DNA of 25,563 nucleotides. It comes from a virus. Taxonomy: Duplodnaviria > Caudoviricetes. This document shows, in pieces, positions 23,841 through 25,563 of the stretch (positions within the stretch are counted from its first letter, which is position 1; the number at the start of each line of letters is the position of its first letter). Both the position numbers and the translations under genes were made by a program. The notes under the pieces are model-generated. The model was not told where the DNA came from. It did not search any database and saw only the letters and a program-made list of their open reading frames with translations. The DNA lies in IMG/VR virus record IMGVR_UViG_3300025621_000052, positions 1 through 25,563 of that record; one strand, written 5' to 3'.

Positions 23841-25563
23841 CTAGGATCAAACGCTCCTAAGCCAAACCCTTGACTCATTACGTCATTTCCTGCGGATTCA
23901 AAGTTTTTTGGCGGAGAATCGTTCTTTCTTTGAGCAATCATCTCGCTTTGTTGTGTACCTTGTATTCTAGTTCTTTGATCTTTACGATCTTCTACTTCTT
24001 TTTCTTTAGATTTAGCCCCGTCTACTTCTATACCTTTTAATTGCATATTGTATTGGAATTCTAACGCCATTAATTCTTTCTTAGCGTTAACCTCTACGCT
24101 TATTCGCTTTTCTTCTAGGCTACCCTTAAGTTGCTCTAATTGCGCTTTAGTTTGGAACATGGCTTGATCTTTTTGTACCTCTGCCTGCGCCGCCACTTGT
24201 TGCGCTTGGGCATTTGCTTGCGCTTGTGCCTGTATATTAGCTTGCTGCTCTGCTTGTAATCTTTCCTGTCTTTTCTTTTGTTTAACCTTAAGAAGTTGAT
24301 TTGCTAATTTAAGATTTTTTACCTCGCGAATATCTATAGCGTCGGAAAGATCTATACTGCCTTGCTGCAACGCAACTTGAACATTGTTTTCTAAAGTAGC
24401 TTTTTCTTCCTCGTCAGGCATTAATTCTAACATTATTCCAAAGTCATGCATATATAAATTAGACATTTCTTCTAAAACGCCTACGTTAAATTTACCTATC
24501 TTAGTTATAAAAGCTTCCTTGGCCGGATGGTACTCTATTATATCCGATATTCTTAAAGATAAGCATTCGCAAAGCTCTCTTGTTAAATACAATCCTGAAT
24601 CAAGTATGTGTCTAGTCGCAGTATTTGAGTTTGCTGCGGCTAGCTTTTGCACCCCTACTAATGCTCTAGAGTCCGGTGTAGATCCATCTCTTGCTTCGTT
24701 TAGACCGGTTACATCCCTTATCATTTGTAGATAGTAGTTGTAGGTTGCAATTAATGTTTGCAATTTTGCGCCACCACTTCCAGTGGGCACTTCTTGTATA
24801 GGCACTTTACCAGGATTCATATCGCCTTCCTGCGTAAATGATCTACCTATTATAGAACCCGTTTGAAAAAACATATTTAATGCTTCTTGGGGATTGTAGT
24901 TTGTTCCGTTGCCTAAATCTACCTCATTAATACCATCGGCATCTAAATAAACACCGTCAGGTATCATTCTTTGTAGCACTTGCTGTAATTTCAAATGCGT
25001 CAATTGCACCATATCAGCAAACCCTGTGCACTTACTTACCAATGATTCTATTCTGCCCTTATACATTCTAGGTGCGGTAATAGCGTAATTCATTTTAACT
25101 TTAGATACATCACTTTTAGGGCGCATCATATTCTTTGCCATTTCCCACTTAAGCATTATATCTGTACCAACAATCATAACGCCTTCATAAAGTACTTCAA
25201 GAGATCTTGACATTTTGCCAAACTGTTCTTCTAGCATTTCTACTGGAGGATCAAATTGATCATCTCGCACTATTATTTTGCTTGCCCCTGTTGCAGTTTC
25301 TTTTACTTTGTACACCTCGTTCATATAAGTCTTATAATTAAAATATAAAACTTGTATAACGTTTGAGTCTCTATTGTTGTTGTATTGGTTACTTACGCTT
25401 TGATCAAATACCCCGTAATTTTGTGTTCCTTGTTGTTTAATTTTTTCTAACTGGTCTTGAGTTAGCTCGGGAAATTGCTTTTTAATTTCATTTATTGGTA
25501 CAAACTTAACTTCTCCGGCATAATATATATCTTGAAAGTAAGGGTCTTCTGTATAAGAGTATA
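23837..25563 (-). CDS. Portal protein, 5'-truncated by window edge
   Basis: The frame stays open upstream of the listed Met at 25324 to the window end (YSYTEDPYFQDIYYAGEVK...VLYFNYKTYM). It has an IRDVTGLNEARDG motif and a Gln/Ala-rich C-terminal coiled coil like the P22 portal barrel, and lies upstream of scaffold and MCP. Confidence 0.85.
   Translation of the reverse strand, partial: YSYTEDPYFQDIYYAGEVKFVPINEIKKQFPELTQDQLEKIKQQGTQNYGVFDQSVSNQYNNNRDSNVIQVLYFNYKTYMNEVYKVKETATGASKIIVRDDQFDPPVEMLEEQFGKMSRSLEVLYEGVMIVGTDIMLKWEMAKNMMRPKSDVSKVKMNYAITAPRMYKGRIESLVSKCTGFADMVQLTHLKLQQVLQRMIPDGVYLDADGINEVDLGNGTNYNPQEALNMFFQTGSIIGRSFTQEGDMNPGKVPIQEVPTGSGGAKLQTLIATYNYYLQMIRDVTGLNEARDGSTPDSRALVGVQKLAAANSNTATRHILDSGLYLTRELCECLSLRISDIIEYHPAKEAFITKIGKFNVGVLEEMSNLYMHDFGIMLELMPDEEEKATLENNVQVALQQGSIDLSDAIDIREVKNLKLANQLLKVKQKKRQERLQAEQQANIQAQAQANAQAQQVAAQAEVQKDQAMFQTKAQLEQLKGSLEEKRISVEVNAKKELMALEFQYNMQLKGIEVDGAKSKEKEVEDRKDQRTRIQGTQQSEMIAQRKNDSPPKNFESAGNDVMSQGFGLGAFDPR

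Noticed and set aside
795-24734. Numerous plus-strand ORFs of 60-213 aa
   Set aside because: All overlap long minus-strand genes, have S/L/F/I-rich shadow composition and show no recognisable motifs. They are antisense artefacts.
25322-25324. Listed Met as the portal start codon
   Set aside because: The frame is open for a further 79 codons to the window edge, so the true start lies outside the window.
1-25563. Stop-codon reassignment as in some crAss-like phages
   Set aside because: Genes are full length and tightly packed under the standard code. TAG (20187) and TGA (37) each appear to act as real stops.
1-25563. CRISPR arrays, tRNAs, rRNA, introns/inteins, IS elements or DGR repeats
   Set aside because: By eye I saw no spaced direct repeats, cloverleafs, transposase, reverse transcriptase or intein motifs. 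Intergenic space is minimal (maximum 133 nt).

Overview
This window is a dense, AT-rich phage virion-morphogenesis module in which every credible gene lies on the minus strand. In transcription order it holds: portal (5'-truncated), acidic scaffold-like protein, major capsid protein, a conserved post-capsid protein, two head-tail ring/adaptor-like proteins, a 1519-aa tail nozzle/stabilisation protein, two small beta-rich structural proteins, three putative ejection proteins (205, 360 and 3190 aa), a small basic protein, an unlisted 51-aa holin-like gene and the first codons of a probable peptidase M15 endolysin. Gene order, protein sizes and the lack of Shine-Dalgarno sites fit a crAss-like podovirus of a Bacteroidota host (inference; no database search was possible). 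The most notable element is the 3190-aa protein. It has no visible DxDxD RNA-polymerase catalytic motif. Instead it appears to string together a HExxH zincin protease, a sigma70 region-2-like domain, a possible degenerate His-Me finger and a HAD phosphatase with all four motifs. These modules are separated by a recurring x-K-F/L-S peptide. This suggests a self-processing injected polyprotein that delivers a sigma-like factor and other effectors at infection. All plus-strand ORFs look like antisense shadows.
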